Shown here: in pieces, positions 49,786 through 60,669 of the stretch | Layout: every line of letters begins with the position of its first letter | How positions within the stretch are numbered: position 1 is the first letter of the stretch | Assembly: GCF_036702645.1 (NCBI RefSeq) | Contig: NZ_JAUBUO010000016.1 | Location: forward strand, 28,186-92,185 | DNA from: Microcoleus sp. Aus8_D1 | GTDB lineage: Bacteria > Cyanobacteriota > Cyanobacteriia > Cyanobacteriales > Microcoleaceae | DNA: 64,000 nt | Direction of reading: 5' to 3' | The notes under the pieces: generated by a model | Database searches by the model: none | The model's input: only the letters and a program-made list of their open reading frames with translations | What the model was told of the DNA's origin: nothing | Translations under genes and position numbers: made by a program

Positions 49786-52386
49786 TTAACTTTGGCCCTC
49801 CCGGAGAACTGGCAGACTTAAGAAAAAAGTGCTGCCCTCCCCCAAAACGCTCTCCACCCAAATCCGGCCCCCGTGCTGCTGCACGATACTGCGACAAATA
49901 GCCAGCCCCAAACCAGTTCCTCCTTTCTGGCGACAATCAGAAGCATTAACCTGTTGAAAGCGTTCAAACACCATCTCTAGCTTGTCCGGCGGAATGCCCC
50001 GTCCTTGGTCTTTGACAGCAATCAGGATCGACGAACTCACTGGTGAGTGCGGATTGACGGCGGCAGGCTCAGGAGACAACAAAGACTGAGACGAGACCAA
50101 CTTCAACCCAGCTTTTTCTGCCAAATCCCGATCGTGAATCAACTCCCCGCTCAGCCAGATCGTAGCACCCGCAGGCGAAAATTTCATAGCATTGCTGAGC
50201 AAATTTGTCAAGGCTTGAATTAGCCGATCGCGAACAGCCAGTAATTGCGCCCCCACAGGCCTCACCGACAGAGTAACTCCCGCCTGCTGAGCCATTCCCT
50301 GCATCTCGTCAGCCGCCTGCAACATCAACTCAGCGACATTACAAGTTTGTTTGATAGCAGTGCTGTAATTAGAATCCATCCGCTCTAAATCCAGGATGTC
50401 GTTGATCAAGCGCACCAAGCGGTCAGTATTAGTGACAGCAATCTCCAGCATCCGCTTGGCTTTCTGGGGGTGAGCCTCAAGCAGGCCGCTGTTGAGGAGG
50501 CCGAGGGCCCCGTGAATAGAGGTCATGGGCGTCCGCAGTTCGTGGCTGACAACAGAGATGAATTCATCTTTCATGTGCTCGATCGCCAGCCGATCGGTGA
50601 TATCTTTAAAAGTCACCACAGCGCCAATAATTTCGCCTCGTTCTCGCATCGGAGCGACAACGTACTCAACCGGAAAACTGCTGCCGTCTTGCCGACAAAA
50701 AACCTCATCCGTGACACGCCGAACCTCTCCGTCAGCCAAGGTGTCTAAAATTTGAGAACTTACTGGGTTCGAGAGTTTTCCCGTCGTTGGTGCGGCGCAG
50801 TCTGGGGCAAGTTCAGAGCCGGAATTGATATCTGTTGCAGGTGACATTTGCTCGATCGCCTTTGAGCATTCTGCCGGAGAACGGTGTAAGCTTTCAGACA
50901 AAGGTCGATCGATCAATTGCTTCGATTCGCAGCCGGCCATTCTCACCGCCGCCGGATTGACAAAAGTTACTTTTCCCAGTTTGTCCAACCCGCAAATTCC
51001 TTCTGCTGCGGAGAACAAAATCATTTCTGTTTGGTGGCGGAGTTGTTCGAGAGCTTTTTCAATTCGCTTGCTGTCGGTGATGTCGCGAGCGATTGTCGAA
51101 ACGCCCGTTACTGCTCCTGTGGCGTCTTTAATCGGAGAAATCGTCAGAGACACATCTATCTGTTCGCCGTCTTTACGCAAGTGTACGGTTTCGTAATGGT
51201 CGATGGTGGCTCCAGCCCGAATATTTTCCAGAATTTGGGGAATTTCCTTGGGGCGTTCGGGAATTGCTAAAATCTCGATCGACTGCCCCTTGACTTCCTG
51301 CGCGCAGTAGCCGTAAATCTTCTCGGCTCCTGCATTCCAGCTTTGAATTGTCCCGGCGAGGGTTTGGCCCACGATGCCGTCATCAGAAGACTCTACAATG
51401 GACGCTAAGCGCACGAGTTCGTCTTGTGCCTGCTTCTGTTCAGTAATGTCGCGACCCAAAATCACCATACTTTTACGTCTGCCGTTGGGGTGAAATACTG
51501 GTACTTTAATCACATCGTAGATTTTTAGAGTACCGTTCGATCGGGGAATCACTTCTTCTCCCCTCGAAAGCGTACCTTTTTCCCACGCTGCTCGATCGCT
51601 CACATCGCAGGCTTGTAGAGCCTCCCGATAAAAACTGCTGAGTTTTCCTAGCTGAGAATCTGTGAGGCCCCGATATTCATCTGCTGATAGCTCGAACAAT
51701 TCCAATATCGCTTGATTTGCCTCCTGCCACCTGCCCTCGCCATCTTTAAAGCAGACAATATCTGGCATAGCATTCATCAGCAAGTCGAGATAGGAGTTTT
51801 CTCGCAGTGCAGCTTCTACCTCGGCCCGCTTGGCGATTTCCCGTTGCAGGTTTTCCTTTGCCGTTTGCAGCGAGTCGATTAACAAATTTTCTGTAAAAGT
51901 GCGTTCTTTAATTACTTCTTGAAGTCTATAGAGTTCTAGCGAGAGCTGCCTGCGGGCCAACAAATTCTCTACCCGCAAGTGCAGTTGGGCGGCATCTACG
52001 GGACTTACTATCAAATCATCAATTCTGCCTTCAAGTTGTTTGGATCTCCGCAAAAACTGCTGCTCGGAAAGAGTCGGCGCTGGGGAGTTTATCAATAGCA
52101 AAAACGGTAAAAAACTAGGCTCCGCCGCAGTTTTAAATGTTTCAACCAGCGGCCCGATACGATCGAAGTTTGCCTCGTCGAGAATGCACAAGTCAAAAGC
52201 TATTTTGGGAAGAATAAATTCTGAGTTCGGTTCGGAAGTCCAATCGAGTAGCATCACCTCATGCTCAGTGTTGAGGTGTGCGATAGGCAAATGTTGTTGG
52301 TGGCGATCGATCGAGAGCAAAATGCGGCTCATTAGTTTGATGATTTCCCAATGACTAATGATTTGATGTCCGGTAAATTCACCCAT
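49786..52386 (-). CDS. Multi-PAS sensor histidine kinase (N-terminal receiver-like domain, 3 PAS, HisKA, HATPase_c)
   Basis: H-box VSHELRTPMTSIHG, N/G1/G2 boxes (LTNLLSNAMKFS, DQGRGIP, GGTGLGLAICRSIV). Confidence 0.85.
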   Translation of the reverse strand: MGEFTGHQIISHWEIIKLMSRILLSIDRHQQHLPIAHLNTEHEVMLLDWTSEPNSEFILPKIAFDLCILDEANFDRIGPLVETFKTAAEPSFLPFLLLINSPAPTLSEQQFLRRSKQLEGRIDDLIVSPVDAAQLHLRVENLLARRQLSLELYRLQEVIKERTFTENLLIDSLQTAKENLQREIAKRAEVEAALRENSYLDLLMNAMPDIVCFKDGEGRWQEANQAILELFELSADEYRGLTDSQLGKLSSFYREALQACDVSDRAAWEKGTLSRGEEVIPRSNGTLKIYDVIKVPVFHPNGRRKSMVILGRDITEQKQAQDELVRLASIVESSDDGIVGQTLAGTIQSWNAGAEKIYGYCAQEVKGQSIEILAIPERPKEIPQILENIRAGATIDHYETVHLRKDGEQIDVSLTISPIKDATGAVTGVSTIARDITDSKRIEKALEQLRHQTEMILFSAAEGICGLDKLGKVTFVNPAAVRMAGCESKQLIDRPLSESLHRSPAECSKAIEQMSPATDINSGSELAPDCAAPTTGKLSNPVSSQILDTLADGEVRRVTDEVFCRQDGSSFPVEYVVAPMRERGEIIGAVVTFKDITDRLAIEHMKDEFISVVSHELRTPMTSIHGALGLLNSGLLEAHPQKAKRMLEIAVTNTDRLVRLINDILDLERMDSNYSTAIKQTCNVAELMLQAADEMQGMAQQAGVTLSVRPVGAQLLAVRDRLIQALTNLLSNAMKFSPAGATIWLSGELIHDRDLAEKAGLKLVSSQSLLSPEPAAVNPHSPVSSSILIAVKDQGRGIPPDKLEMVFERFQQVNASDCRQKGGTGLGLAICRSIVQQHGGRIWVESVLGEGSTFFLSLPVLREGQS

Positions 52387-52832
52387 TATCAGGTTTGTAG
52401 TCAGGACTTCCGTCCTCTGTTTTGGGATGATTGAAGTCCTGAATGCGAACCAATTTTATAGCGGTCGATCGACCGGAGGCGATCCGACCTATCGAGGTAA
52501 AAGGCAGCCGGAGCTGAAGGCAGAAGTCAAGAAAAACTGATAATTCTTGAATTTTAATTGTTTGTTAGGTCAAACAATCACCGATCTCAAATACGGCAAC
52601 ATCGGAATTATACCCTGCAAGCCGTCCCAGCAGATCTCTGTCGATCGCGGGCGAGGGGACGCCAGCACGCGATCGAGCGAAAATTATGATGCCCGCCCAA
52701 ACGCAAACCCGATGATGAGGGCAGGACGTTGGACGTTCGCGGGCGAGGGACAGCAAAACATGATGGCAGGACTAATGACTAACGATCGGGTTCGCGGGCG
52801 AGGGGACGCTCGCACTAACTAATGACGGCAGG

Positions 52833-52947
52833 ACAACTGACAACTGACTACTGACTACTGACTACTGACAACTGACTACTGACTACTGACAACTGACAAC
52901 TGACAACTGACAACTGACAACTGACAACTGACAACTGACAACTGACT
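52833..52947. repeat. STRR heptamer array (CTGACTA / CTGACAA x ~16)
   Basis: Read directly. Confidence 0.9.
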
Positions 52948-52949
52948 CT

Positions 52950-55196
52950 TTATGGCATTCCAATTCCAATCAAAGTATCTTCCGGCATACAGGTAGAATA
53001 GCGCTCCCCGGACGATAAAACCGCAATCAGCCTCATTTGCCAGTCGGGCATAATGTGCAAATCCGCCCAGGGCACAGCTACCTCCAAACATTTATCCAGT
53101 CCCACTTGGGCGCGGCTGATGCGGGGATGCCACTCATCGCGCTCTCCTGCTTCCTGAAACCAAATCGATTTGGTGAGCAAATTAATCTCTAACTGATGGT
53201 GGAAGCGATAGTTTATGGGTGCTTCATCGGGTACACCTGACAGCGGAATCAGACTGTTGTGCATGGTGCGATCGGGATAAAACCAAAACAAATTTAACTC
53301 CGGCGGGCAATCAATGCCCGGCCGCACCCCAGCCTTGAAGTCGGCGCGAAGGTAAAAATTCAAGTGATCCACCCCGTACCAAAGCCGCTGAATTGCCGAA
53401 CTCCGGTGCATGGTACCCCTTGCTCCCCCAACTTCAATCCGGCCGGCTTTGTCCCAATCCTGTTCGTTACCGATACCGTCGATAATCGGGTGAATAAAGC
53501 TCAGCGGTTGGTGGTCGCCTTGAACCTCGTGTGCCTCTACTTGTTGCAGCACATCCGGGGGTACAGGCTCGCCGAGAGCTTCGTAAATTGCAGCTACGTG
53601 TTCGCGGAATAGCCGATCGAACATAGCATCTTGATTCGACGTATGGCCTTCGCCAAACCACCAGAACCAGTCGGAACCTTCCGCCGCATAAAGCGCTTCC
53701 CAAGCTTCGGGATTGCTCTCTTCCGTAGCTTCTGGATGGTTCGCCAGCATTTGTCTCGCGGGCCCTAACAAGTCCCAAGCGCGATTTTTCGCGGGATCGC
53801 CGATCCAAGTTGTCAGGGAACCGTCTACCCAGGAACCGGTATGCAGTTGGGCGGCGGGTATTGTTTCGGTGGCTGGGAATTTGTCGAGAAATTCCGAGAC
53901 AGTGACTAATTTGATATCGGGATTGTGACTGAGAGTTTCATAGAGGGATTCTAAGAAGGGTTTGCCATCTTGGGGATAGAATTCCCAGCAATTTTCGCCG
54001 TCTAGGGCGATCGTCACCAACCACGGATTTTCTAAAGATGTTTTGCCGTCCGGTTGTCGGTGTTTGAGAGTTCTGCCGATCGCCTCCAAGTGTCCCACCA
54101 AATCCGACGCTGCCTTCTTCGGTTCCATCGAACCGTAGGTAAAACCAATCAAATCAGACAATCTGTGGTCTCTAAATACGATCGCCAAATCACCGTCAGG
54201 AGTTTCTAAACGATAAGGGCGATATAACAATTCTGGTTCGCAAACATTCCCCGCCCCATCGCGGTGAAAAAAGTGTTTAATTGTCCACCCCAATACCGCC
54301 TCATCCGACACTATCCATTTAAAGCCTTGTTTAGCAATGTAGGGCAAAATTTCCGGGCTAACTGCCTGTTCCGACGGCCACAAACCGCGCGGTTGGCACT
54401 CAAATCTGTCTTGATACATATCCCAGGCTTTTCTCAAATGTCTCGGAATATCTTCAGCCCACTGGAACCTATGTTCTGGCAGAGTCATGTTAGGAATCGC
54501 TATGCGGCCGCCGTTAGTGTCAGCCAGCAGCGGTAAAATCGGGTGCGTGTAGGGGGTCGTGGAGACTTCCAACTGTCCCTGGGCTTGCATTTTACGGTGC
54601 TGGGGAATGATTCTGGCGAGGATTTCTTTTTGTTTTGAATAGATCTTTTTGCGGTCTGCCAGATTGAAATTTTGTCCTTGTTTCAGCCACCCTGCAATCT
54701 CGGGGTCGTCCCAAAACAGCGGGTCAATCCAAGCTAAATTGTGCCACGCCAGCAAGTCGCTAAAATCCTGCACTTTCCAGTTTGTCAAGCACCACTGAAT
54801 GCCTTTTTCTTGCCGCTGAGTGTAGAGTTGAGCGTAGCGCGGATGTGGCTGAATCAGGGTGTGGTAGTTGGCATCAAAGAAGTGCTGTAAAATGAACTCT
54901 TGTTCTGCGATGTTTAAAGTTTCGGCTGCCTTGAGAGTTACCGCCAAGTAAGGGTCTAATGCTTGGTCGGCGATGCAGTCTTCTATCTGCAAAATCAAGG
55001 ACGGAACCAGGTTTACTGTTTGATGCAGTTTCGGGTATTTTTCCAGAATCAGCACTAAATCCAAGTAGTCTTTGACTCCGTGCAAGCGCACCCAAGGCAG
55101 TCGATACTCGGATGCTCCGGCGCTAGTTAACGATCTTGATTTGTAGAGGGGTTGGTGTTGGTGCCAAATGAAGGCTACGTAAAGTGGATGAGACAT
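52950..55196 (-). CDS. Glycoside hydrolase family 57 protein (alpha-glucan branching/amylase-type)
   Basis: 748 aa; GH57 blocks YVAFIWHQHQP, HGVKDYLD, TTPYTHPILPLL, WxGDPAKN, SDWFWWFGEGH. Confidence 0.85.
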   Translation of the reverse strand: MSHPLYVAFIWHQHQPLYKSRSLTSAGASEYRLPWVRLHGVKDYLDLVLILEKYPKLHQTVNLVPSLILQIEDCIADQALDPYLAVTLKAAETLNIAEQEFILQHFFDANYHTLIQPHPRYAQLYTQRQEKGIQWCLTNWKVQDFSDLLAWHNLAWIDPLFWDDPEIAGWLKQGQNFNLADRKKIYSKQKEILARIIPQHRKMQAQGQLEVSTTPYTHPILPLLADTNGGRIAIPNMTLPEHRFQWAEDIPRHLRKAWDMYQDRFECQPRGLWPSEQAVSPEILPYIAKQGFKWIVSDEAVLGWTIKHFFHRDGAGNVCEPELLYRPYRLETPDGDLAIVFRDHRLSDLIGFTYGSMEPKKAASDLVGHLEAIGRTLKHRQPDGKTSLENPWLVTIALDGENCWEFYPQDGKPFLESLYETLSHNPDIKLVTVSEFLDKFPATETIPAAQLHTGSWVDGSLTTWIGDPAKNRAWDLLGPARQMLANHPEATEESNPEAWEALYAAEGSDWFWWFGEGHTSNQDAMFDRLFREHVAAIYEALGEPVPPDVLQQVEAHEVQGDHQPLSFIHPIIDGIGNEQDWDKAGRIEVGGARGTMHRSSAIQRLWYGVDHLNFYLRADFKAGVRPGIDCPPELNLFWFYPDRTMHNSLIPLSGVPDEAPINYRFHHQLEINLLTKSIWFQEAGERDEWHPRISRAQVGLDKCLEVAVPWADLHIMPDWQMRLIAVLSSGERYSTCMPEDTLIGIGMP

Positions 55197-55337
55197 TAAT
55201 TTTGGTAATGGGTAATGAGTAATTATAATTGGTAATTGTAATTGGTATTTTGTAATTCTGTCTGGGAGTCATAACTTCTATCTTTAGGGTGATGCACAGC
55301 GCACCTTGTCGGGTGCATCTCAGTTTTGCTTTTAATA

Positions 55338-55390
55338 GTGCTGTCCCCGCTCGCTTAGTTCTATAAGCAAGCGAGCGGGGACAGCACTGT
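55338..55390. promoter_or_regulatory. Perfect 20-bp stem hairpin (AGTGCTGTCCCCGCTCGCTT ... AAGCGAGCGGGGACAGCACT) followed by A8/T6
   Basis: Read directly; lies between divergent or convergent genes, possible terminator or attenuator. Confidence 0.4.
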
Positions 55391-55749
55391 AAAAAAAATG
55401 TTTTTTGCAAAAATCAGATGCTCCCCAACTTTTCCCTATTAAGTAGCGCTTCCAACCTCTCAATTACAGGTTGATGCTGCACACATTACCACCATCGAGT
55501 AGCACATAGAACTACTTTTTGGATCTAGGGCTTTCATTCAATTGATAGTTGACCGCTTGAGGGCGACCTCTAACTGGAAGGAAGAGGATTGGAGTAATGA
55601 ATAGTCTTCTTTTAATTTTTCCTTACAAGGGAGAGGCTTTCAACCAATTCTTTCTGGTAATTGATAAATAGTAGGTAAAAGTCAATAGCCAACATTCAAT
55701 AGTCAAGATTAAACTAACTAATGACTAATGACTGCTGACTATTGACTAA

Positions 55750-55989
55750 TTACATTACCTGTTCGACTTCGGCAATTTCTGGGATGGCCTCGCGCAGGCG
55801 GCGTTCAATGCCCATTCTCAGAGTCATTGTGGAACTGGGACAAGAGCCGCAAGCTCCTTGCAGTCTCAGGTGTACTACTGGGCCGTCGATTTCTACGAGT
55901 TCGACGTTGCCACCGTCGGATATCAGGTAGGGGCGCATTTCATCCAGAACTGTTTCGACGTTATCTCTGGTTAGTGCTAGTGTCGTCAT
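55750..55989 (-). CDS. nfuA: NifU-like (Nfu) Fe-S cluster scaffold protein
   Basis: 79 aa, CGSCPSS (CxxC) motif of Nfu domain. Confidence 0.8.
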   Translation of the reverse strand: MTTLALTRDNVETVLDEMRPYLISDGGNVELVEIDGPVVHLRLQGACGSCPSSTMTLRMGIERRLREAIPEIAEVEQVM

Positions 55990-56175
55990 ATTTTTGCCTC
56001 AAAAATTATTCGTACAATTGACTTAGTTCGATCGTACCGTTACTTGCGGCTAAATCAAGTTGAGTCCGATACACTAATCGCAAAACCCGCTTTCTCCAAC
56101 AAAACGGATTTTGCAATTAATACCCGTTCCAAAAATTAATGCAATCGAAAATCACCAACCAAAAAGGGTATAACC

Positions 56176-56826
56176 TTAGACTACTGCTGGTTCTAGCAGT
56201 TTAACGTTCGAGTAGTTAAACTCGGTTGTTGTCAGTTGGCCTTTTTCTTTCGATCGCACTACTTGCTTGGTCATGACATAATAGTCGCCTATCTTGTCAA
56301 AGGTGTCTTCAAATTCCAGTTCTCTGATGATTTCGTTGGTTTCTGGGTTGCGGAAAACGGCATCGTAGTGGCTGGCCAAAGAACCTTCGGGTGTCTCTAA
56401 GCTTTTGTGCGTGTCTATGACGAAAGCCATGCGGCCCATCACCCGGCTGACTTGACAAATGGACAGACCTCGGATTTTGTAATTAGATCCCATGGAGTCG
56501 CCTTGCACTAAAATATCCACAGCCTCGGTACTGTCCTTCTCGCCGAGGGTGAAGCTGTTTTTGCCGTGGGATTTTTCAAATGTCGATCGCTTGCGGTGGG
56601 TAACAATGTCCCGCATTTGGGTGTAAACGCTCTGCTTGACTTCCTCGTCTGCTATGCCGCTGACTTCCACTGTCATGTCTGGAGAAATGGAAACATGACC
56701 CGTATATACTTCGTCGCCTTGTTTGAGTTCAATATCGGCGCTGTAACCGGGAAAGTTGGCATCCCAGGTGTAACGGTGTTCGTAAGCAGCGCGAAACAAA
56801 TCGCGAGCGTTGGCTGGCTCTGTCAT
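56176..56826 (-). CDS. Conserved cyanobacterial hypothetical protein (216 aa)
   Basis: Clean ORF; no catalytic motif recognised. Confidence 0.5.
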   Translation of the reverse strand: MTEPANARDLFRAAYEHRYTWDANFPGYSADIELKQGDEVYTGHVSISPDMTVEVSGIADEEVKQSVYTQMRDIVTHRKRSTFEKSHGKNSFTLGEKDSTEAVDILVQGDSMGSNYKIRGLSICQVSRVMGRMAFVIDTHKSLETPEGSLASHYDAVFRNPETNEIIRELEFEDTFDKIGDYYVMTKQVVRSKEKGQLTTTEFNYSNVKLLEPAVV

Positions 56827-57199
56827 AAATCTCTCTTTCTATTTACACCCATCTAGTTTAGCTTAACCTCTCCTGTGCCCTGCATTCACCGCATAGGCGG
56901 GTTCCCGACTCTCGCGATCGCCCTCTGAGAGGGTGCTGCGGGGCTGGCCATGCGATCGCCACAAAAATTTAGCCAAAACCGCCGGAATCCCCACAGCATA
57001 TCGGTACTCCGATTGGTGTTGGGATGGATAGGCGGACTGAGATCCCCAACGGAGTCAGTCAATAGATGTATTGGACAGACGATCGATCCACTCTTCTACC
57101 ATCTGAGCGATCGTTTTTTCGCTTTGCACTAGCTATAGTCCGCTGTCTGGTTGAGCCTTTGCTCAAATAGTCGAATATGCAGGTTTTTGTCTGTGATGT

Positions 57200-58560
57200 T
57201 GTGTTGCCATTGCCAATACATTAATGCTACCATCATCAGCAAGGAGACAAGCAAATGAGAACAGCTTACCAGTACAAACTTCGACCAACAAAATACCAAA
57301 CCACAGAGCTAGACAGGTGGTTGTCAATGTTGTGCGCCCAGTACAATTACTTGTTGGCCGATCGATTCAACTGGTACGAGCAAAATCGCTCTCCTGTTAA
57401 CGCTTGTCCATTGGTTTGTCATCTTCCTGAGTTAAGGGACAACCCAGACTATTTCAGCCAGAAAAAGACTCTACCCCAACTCAATAAAACTCATCCTTGG
57501 TACTCCCAAATCAATTCACAAGTACTTCAGGATGCAGTCAAACGAGTTAAGGTAACATTTGACAGATTTCTCAAAGGCGACAGTAACGGTAAACGCAGTG
57601 GCCAACCAAGGTTTAAATCTCGCAACCGCTACAAAACCTTTACCTATCCCCAGATGAAAGAGGGATGCTTGCAGGGTAATCGGATTAACTTACCGATGTT
57701 CGGTAAAGTCAAGGTAGTTCTACATCGCCCCATACCAGACGGGTATCAGGTGAAAACGGCTTCCGTTACCAAAAAAGCTGATGGATATTACGTAACGCTT
57801 TCACTCGAAGATAAAGCAGTACCGGAAATCAAGCCAGATTTCAATCCAGATAACATTACTGGGATTGATATGGGTTTGAAAGAATTATTGACAACTTCTC
57901 TTGGTGAAACCGTTGCTATTCCCCAACATTACCGTAAAGCTCAAAAACGCTTGCGAACGATCCAGAAGCGCGTGTCACGCCGTAAAAAAGGCAGTGCCCG
58001 CAGGCAGAAAGCAGTCAAGCAACTGGGGAAACAACACAAAAAAGTTGCAGACAAACGGAAAGATTTTCACTTCAAGACAGTGAATTGGTTGCTATCAAAA
58101 TATGACGTAATTGCACATGAGAATTTAAACGTCAAAGGGCTAGCTCGAACCCGATTGGCTAAATCTGTGTTGGATGCTGGGTGGTCAAGCTTTCTGTTGA
58201 TACTGGCCAGCAAAGCCGTAAATGCTGGTTTGTCGGTAGTCCCAGTCAGCGCTCACAATACCTCACAAAATTGCTCTGATTGTGGCGAGAAAGTACCCAA
58301 AAAACTGCATATTCGTTGGCATGACTGTCCTCATTGTGGGTGCTCTCTTGACCGCGATCGTAATGCAGCTATTAATATCAAAAACAGAGCGGTAGGGCAT
58401 TCCGTTCTTAAAGCTCAGTTAACGTCCGTTAGCGAAGCGTCTCCGAAGGAGATAGCAATCGCTGGAGTCACTGAGAAGCCCGCATCATATCTGTACTCAG
58501 ATTGATGTGGGAGTATGTCACTTATAGGTTATCTAGAAAAAACTTGTGTCCGCTTTTGAG
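57200..58560 (+). mobile_element. Solo-TnpB insertion sequence (approximate ends); 3' ~150 nt expected to encode the omegaRNA/right end
   Basis: Inferred from TnpB gene; ends not defined by sequence reading. Confidence 0.4.
57255..58505 (+). CDS. tnpB: IS200/IS605-family TnpB (OrfB, IS1341-type RNA-guided endonuclease)
   Basis: RuvC-I ([11 protein letters not shown]), RuvC-II ([10 protein letters not shown]), zinc finger CSDCG...CPHCG, RuvC-III (RDRNAAINI); no tnpA adjacent. Confidence 0.85.
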   Translation: MRTAYQYKLRPTKYQTTELDRWLSMLCAQYNYLLADRFNWYEQNRSPVNACPLVCHLPELRDNPDYFSQKKTLPQLNKTHPWYSQINSQVLQDAVKRVKVTFDRFLKGDSNGKRSGQPRFKSRNRYKTFTYPQMKEGCLQGNRINLPMFGKVKVVLHRPIPDGYQVKTASVTKKADGYYVTLSLEDKAVPEIKPDFNPDNITGIDMGLKELLTTSLGETVAIPQHYRKAQKRLRTIQKRVSRRKKGSARRQKAVKQLGKQHKKVADKRKDFHFKTVNWLLSKYDVIAHENLNVKGLARTRLAKSVLDAGWSSFLLILASKAVNAGLSVVPVSAHNTSQNCSDCGEKVPKKLHIRWHDCPHCGCSLDRDRNAAINIKNRAVGHSVLKAQLTSVSEASPKEIAIAGVTEKPASYLYSD

Positions 58561-60141
58561 AATTTGCACCTGTGGCAACTATCAGATTCCCTCATTAATA
58601 AAATGCTAGAAACAGTCTACAAACACTTAGAAAATTTGCAAGAACAAGCTAGCAAATTGCCACCGCCGCAACAGGCAATTTTGACAAAAGCCGTGGAAGA
58701 TTTATCAAATTGTTTGCAAGAACTGGCAGCCAGCCGCCAGTTTGAAAGCGCGACACATAATGCTGCAAAGTTAGTTGAGGCGGAAAATTTAAATCGCCTT
58801 TTAGAACGCACTGTCACCCAGCAAGTGGCGCAACTCAGAAAGCTACAAGAGCAGTTGAACGAAGAAATCCGCCAGCACCGCAGGGAGAATCAAGCATTAA
58901 CTAAAAGCGAAGCGAAACTTCAAGCTACGCTTCGCAATTCCCCCGATCTAATTACCATTGTCGGCTCCGACGGGCGAGTCCGATATCACAGCGCAGCCCT
59001 AGAGCGAGTTTTGGGTTACAAGCCAGAAGAGAGAATTGGCAAGTTTCACGGCGAGTTAATGCATCCAGACGATTTGCTGAATTGGAAGGCATATTTTGGC
59101 AAGTTGCTAGAATTTCCTGGAGTTGGGGGTAAAATTGAATATCGCAAACGTCATGCTGAGGGTTCTTGGATCTACTTTGAGGCGATCGGCAACAGTTTGC
59201 TTCACGATTCTACCGTGCAGGGAATTATGATTGTTTCTCGGGAAATTGGGGAACGCAAGCAAGCAGAAAGCGCAGTCCTGGAGTCGCAACGGCACTACCA
59301 AATTATGTCACAGATTACTTCGGATTTTGCCTATTCTTTTCAGGCACTTCCCAACGGTAACTTTGTTTGTGAGTGGGTAACGGAAGCTTTGGCGCGCGTC
59401 AGCGGTCATCTTCCTGAAGAGTTAATTGCGTCGGGCTGGTGGAGCTCAAATATCGTTCACCCTGATGACAGGGAAATGTTAATTAAACAATTAGAAGGGT
59501 GTACTTCTAGAAGTATGGGGGTCAATGAGTATCGCATTGTTAACAAAAATGGTGGTGTGCGCTGGGTGCGGGACTCCTGGCAAGCGGTTTGGGACAAAAC
59601 TGAAGGGCGGGTTGTCCGTTTGTGGGGCGCTTGTCAGGAAATTACCGATCGCAAGCAAGTAGAGTTGAAACAGCAACTTGTTAATGAAGTTTTGCAAGCG
59701 CAGATAGCATCGGCACCCTTGGCGATTAATTGTACCAGCAATGACGGCAGCACCCTGGTCTGGAACCGCGCCGCCGAAGAACTTTTTGGCTGGACTGCTG
59801 CTGAGGTTTTGGGGCAACCATTGCCGAATATTCCTGAAGGACAAAAGCAGGATTTCTACGCGCTGCTGAAGTCTGTGGGTAATGGCAAACCGGAAAACGG
59901 TTTGGAAGTATCTTTGTTGAAAAAAGATGGTAGTTCGATCGATCTTTGGCTTTGGGCCACACCCGTACAAGATGCAGGTGGCGAGACACTAGGCAGTATC
60001 AACATATTTTCTGACCTTTCAGAACGCAAGCGCATAGAGGAGGAGCGCCAAAAACTAGCATCGTTGAAAAATATGGAAGAACCTTTTTGGGCGCGCTATG
60101 TCAGCCGCCCGCCAACCCAGAAAAAAAATGGCGATCGGTAA
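58546..60141 (+). CDS. Multi-PAS domain signalling protein (no transmitter domain)
   Basis: Coiled-coil N-terminus then 3 PAS-like modules (RNSPDLITIVGSDGRVRYHS..., vwdktegrvvRLWGACQEITDRK). Confidence 0.7.
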   Translation: MSAFENLHLWQLSDSLINKMLETVYKHLENLQEQASKLPPPQQAILTKAVEDLSNCLQELAASRQFESATHNAAKLVEAENLNRLLERTVTQQVAQLRKLQEQLNEEIRQHRRENQALTKSEAKLQATLRNSPDLITIVGSDGRVRYHSAALERVLGYKPEERIGKFHGELMHPDDLLNWKAYFGKLLEFPGVGGKIEYRKRHAEGSWIYFEAIGNSLLHDSTVQGIMIVSREIGERKQAESAVLESQRHYQIMSQITSDFAYSFQALPNGNFVCEWVTEALARVSGHLPEELIASGWWSSNIVHPDDREMLIKQLEGCTSRSMGVNEYRIVNKNGGVRWVRDSWQAVWDKTEGRVVRLWGACQEITDRKQVELKQQLVNEVLQAQIASAPLAINCTSNDGSTLVWNRAAEELFGWTAAEVLGQPLPNIPEGQKQDFYALLKSVGNGKPENGLEVSLLKKDGSSIDLWLWATPVQDAGGETLGSINIFSDLSERKRIEEERQKLASLKNMEEPFWARYVSRPPTQKKNGDR

Positions 60142-60669
60142 TTCCCTTAAGCATAAGTTATACCAATTTGAAGAAATTTTGCAGAATCAGAAATTAGAAA
60201 TTTTCACCTGTAGGGAAACGGCAGGGCGCCGTGTCCGGCCGAGAGTTAGGCCTGCCGGACAGATAATTTCTATACGGTTAATAACCGTAGCAGCAATTTT
60301 TTAAATTGGTATTAAAAACAATTACAACTGCCAAGCAGCAATCTTCTGCTGCCGATATCATCTCCAGTAAAATAACCGTTATAGCGTTGTAGTAAGGAAG
60401 TCCGTTTTCTGAGTTTTATGAGGACGGACTCCTCACTACAAAGCTATTTGAGCGGTCGATAAATCGCACATAATATAATAAATACACCCTGATGTTACCT
60501 TTATTCGTTACTATGCTGTGCTAGACAAAATCCTAATGACCTAAAAATAATTTAGTAACGTGCCATCGAAGTTATTGAGCAAATCTATAGATGCAAGTGT
60601 CAGATTTTCGAGGCAGAAGACTTGTCTGCATGATAAATATTCAACTTTTTGAATGCGGGAATTAAATCT

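Noticed and set aside
56827-57254. IS200-type tnpA remnant upstream of tnpB
   Set aside because: No ORF with the HuH (HxH) and catalytic Tyr pattern could be read in any frame; treated as the IS left end or promoter region only.
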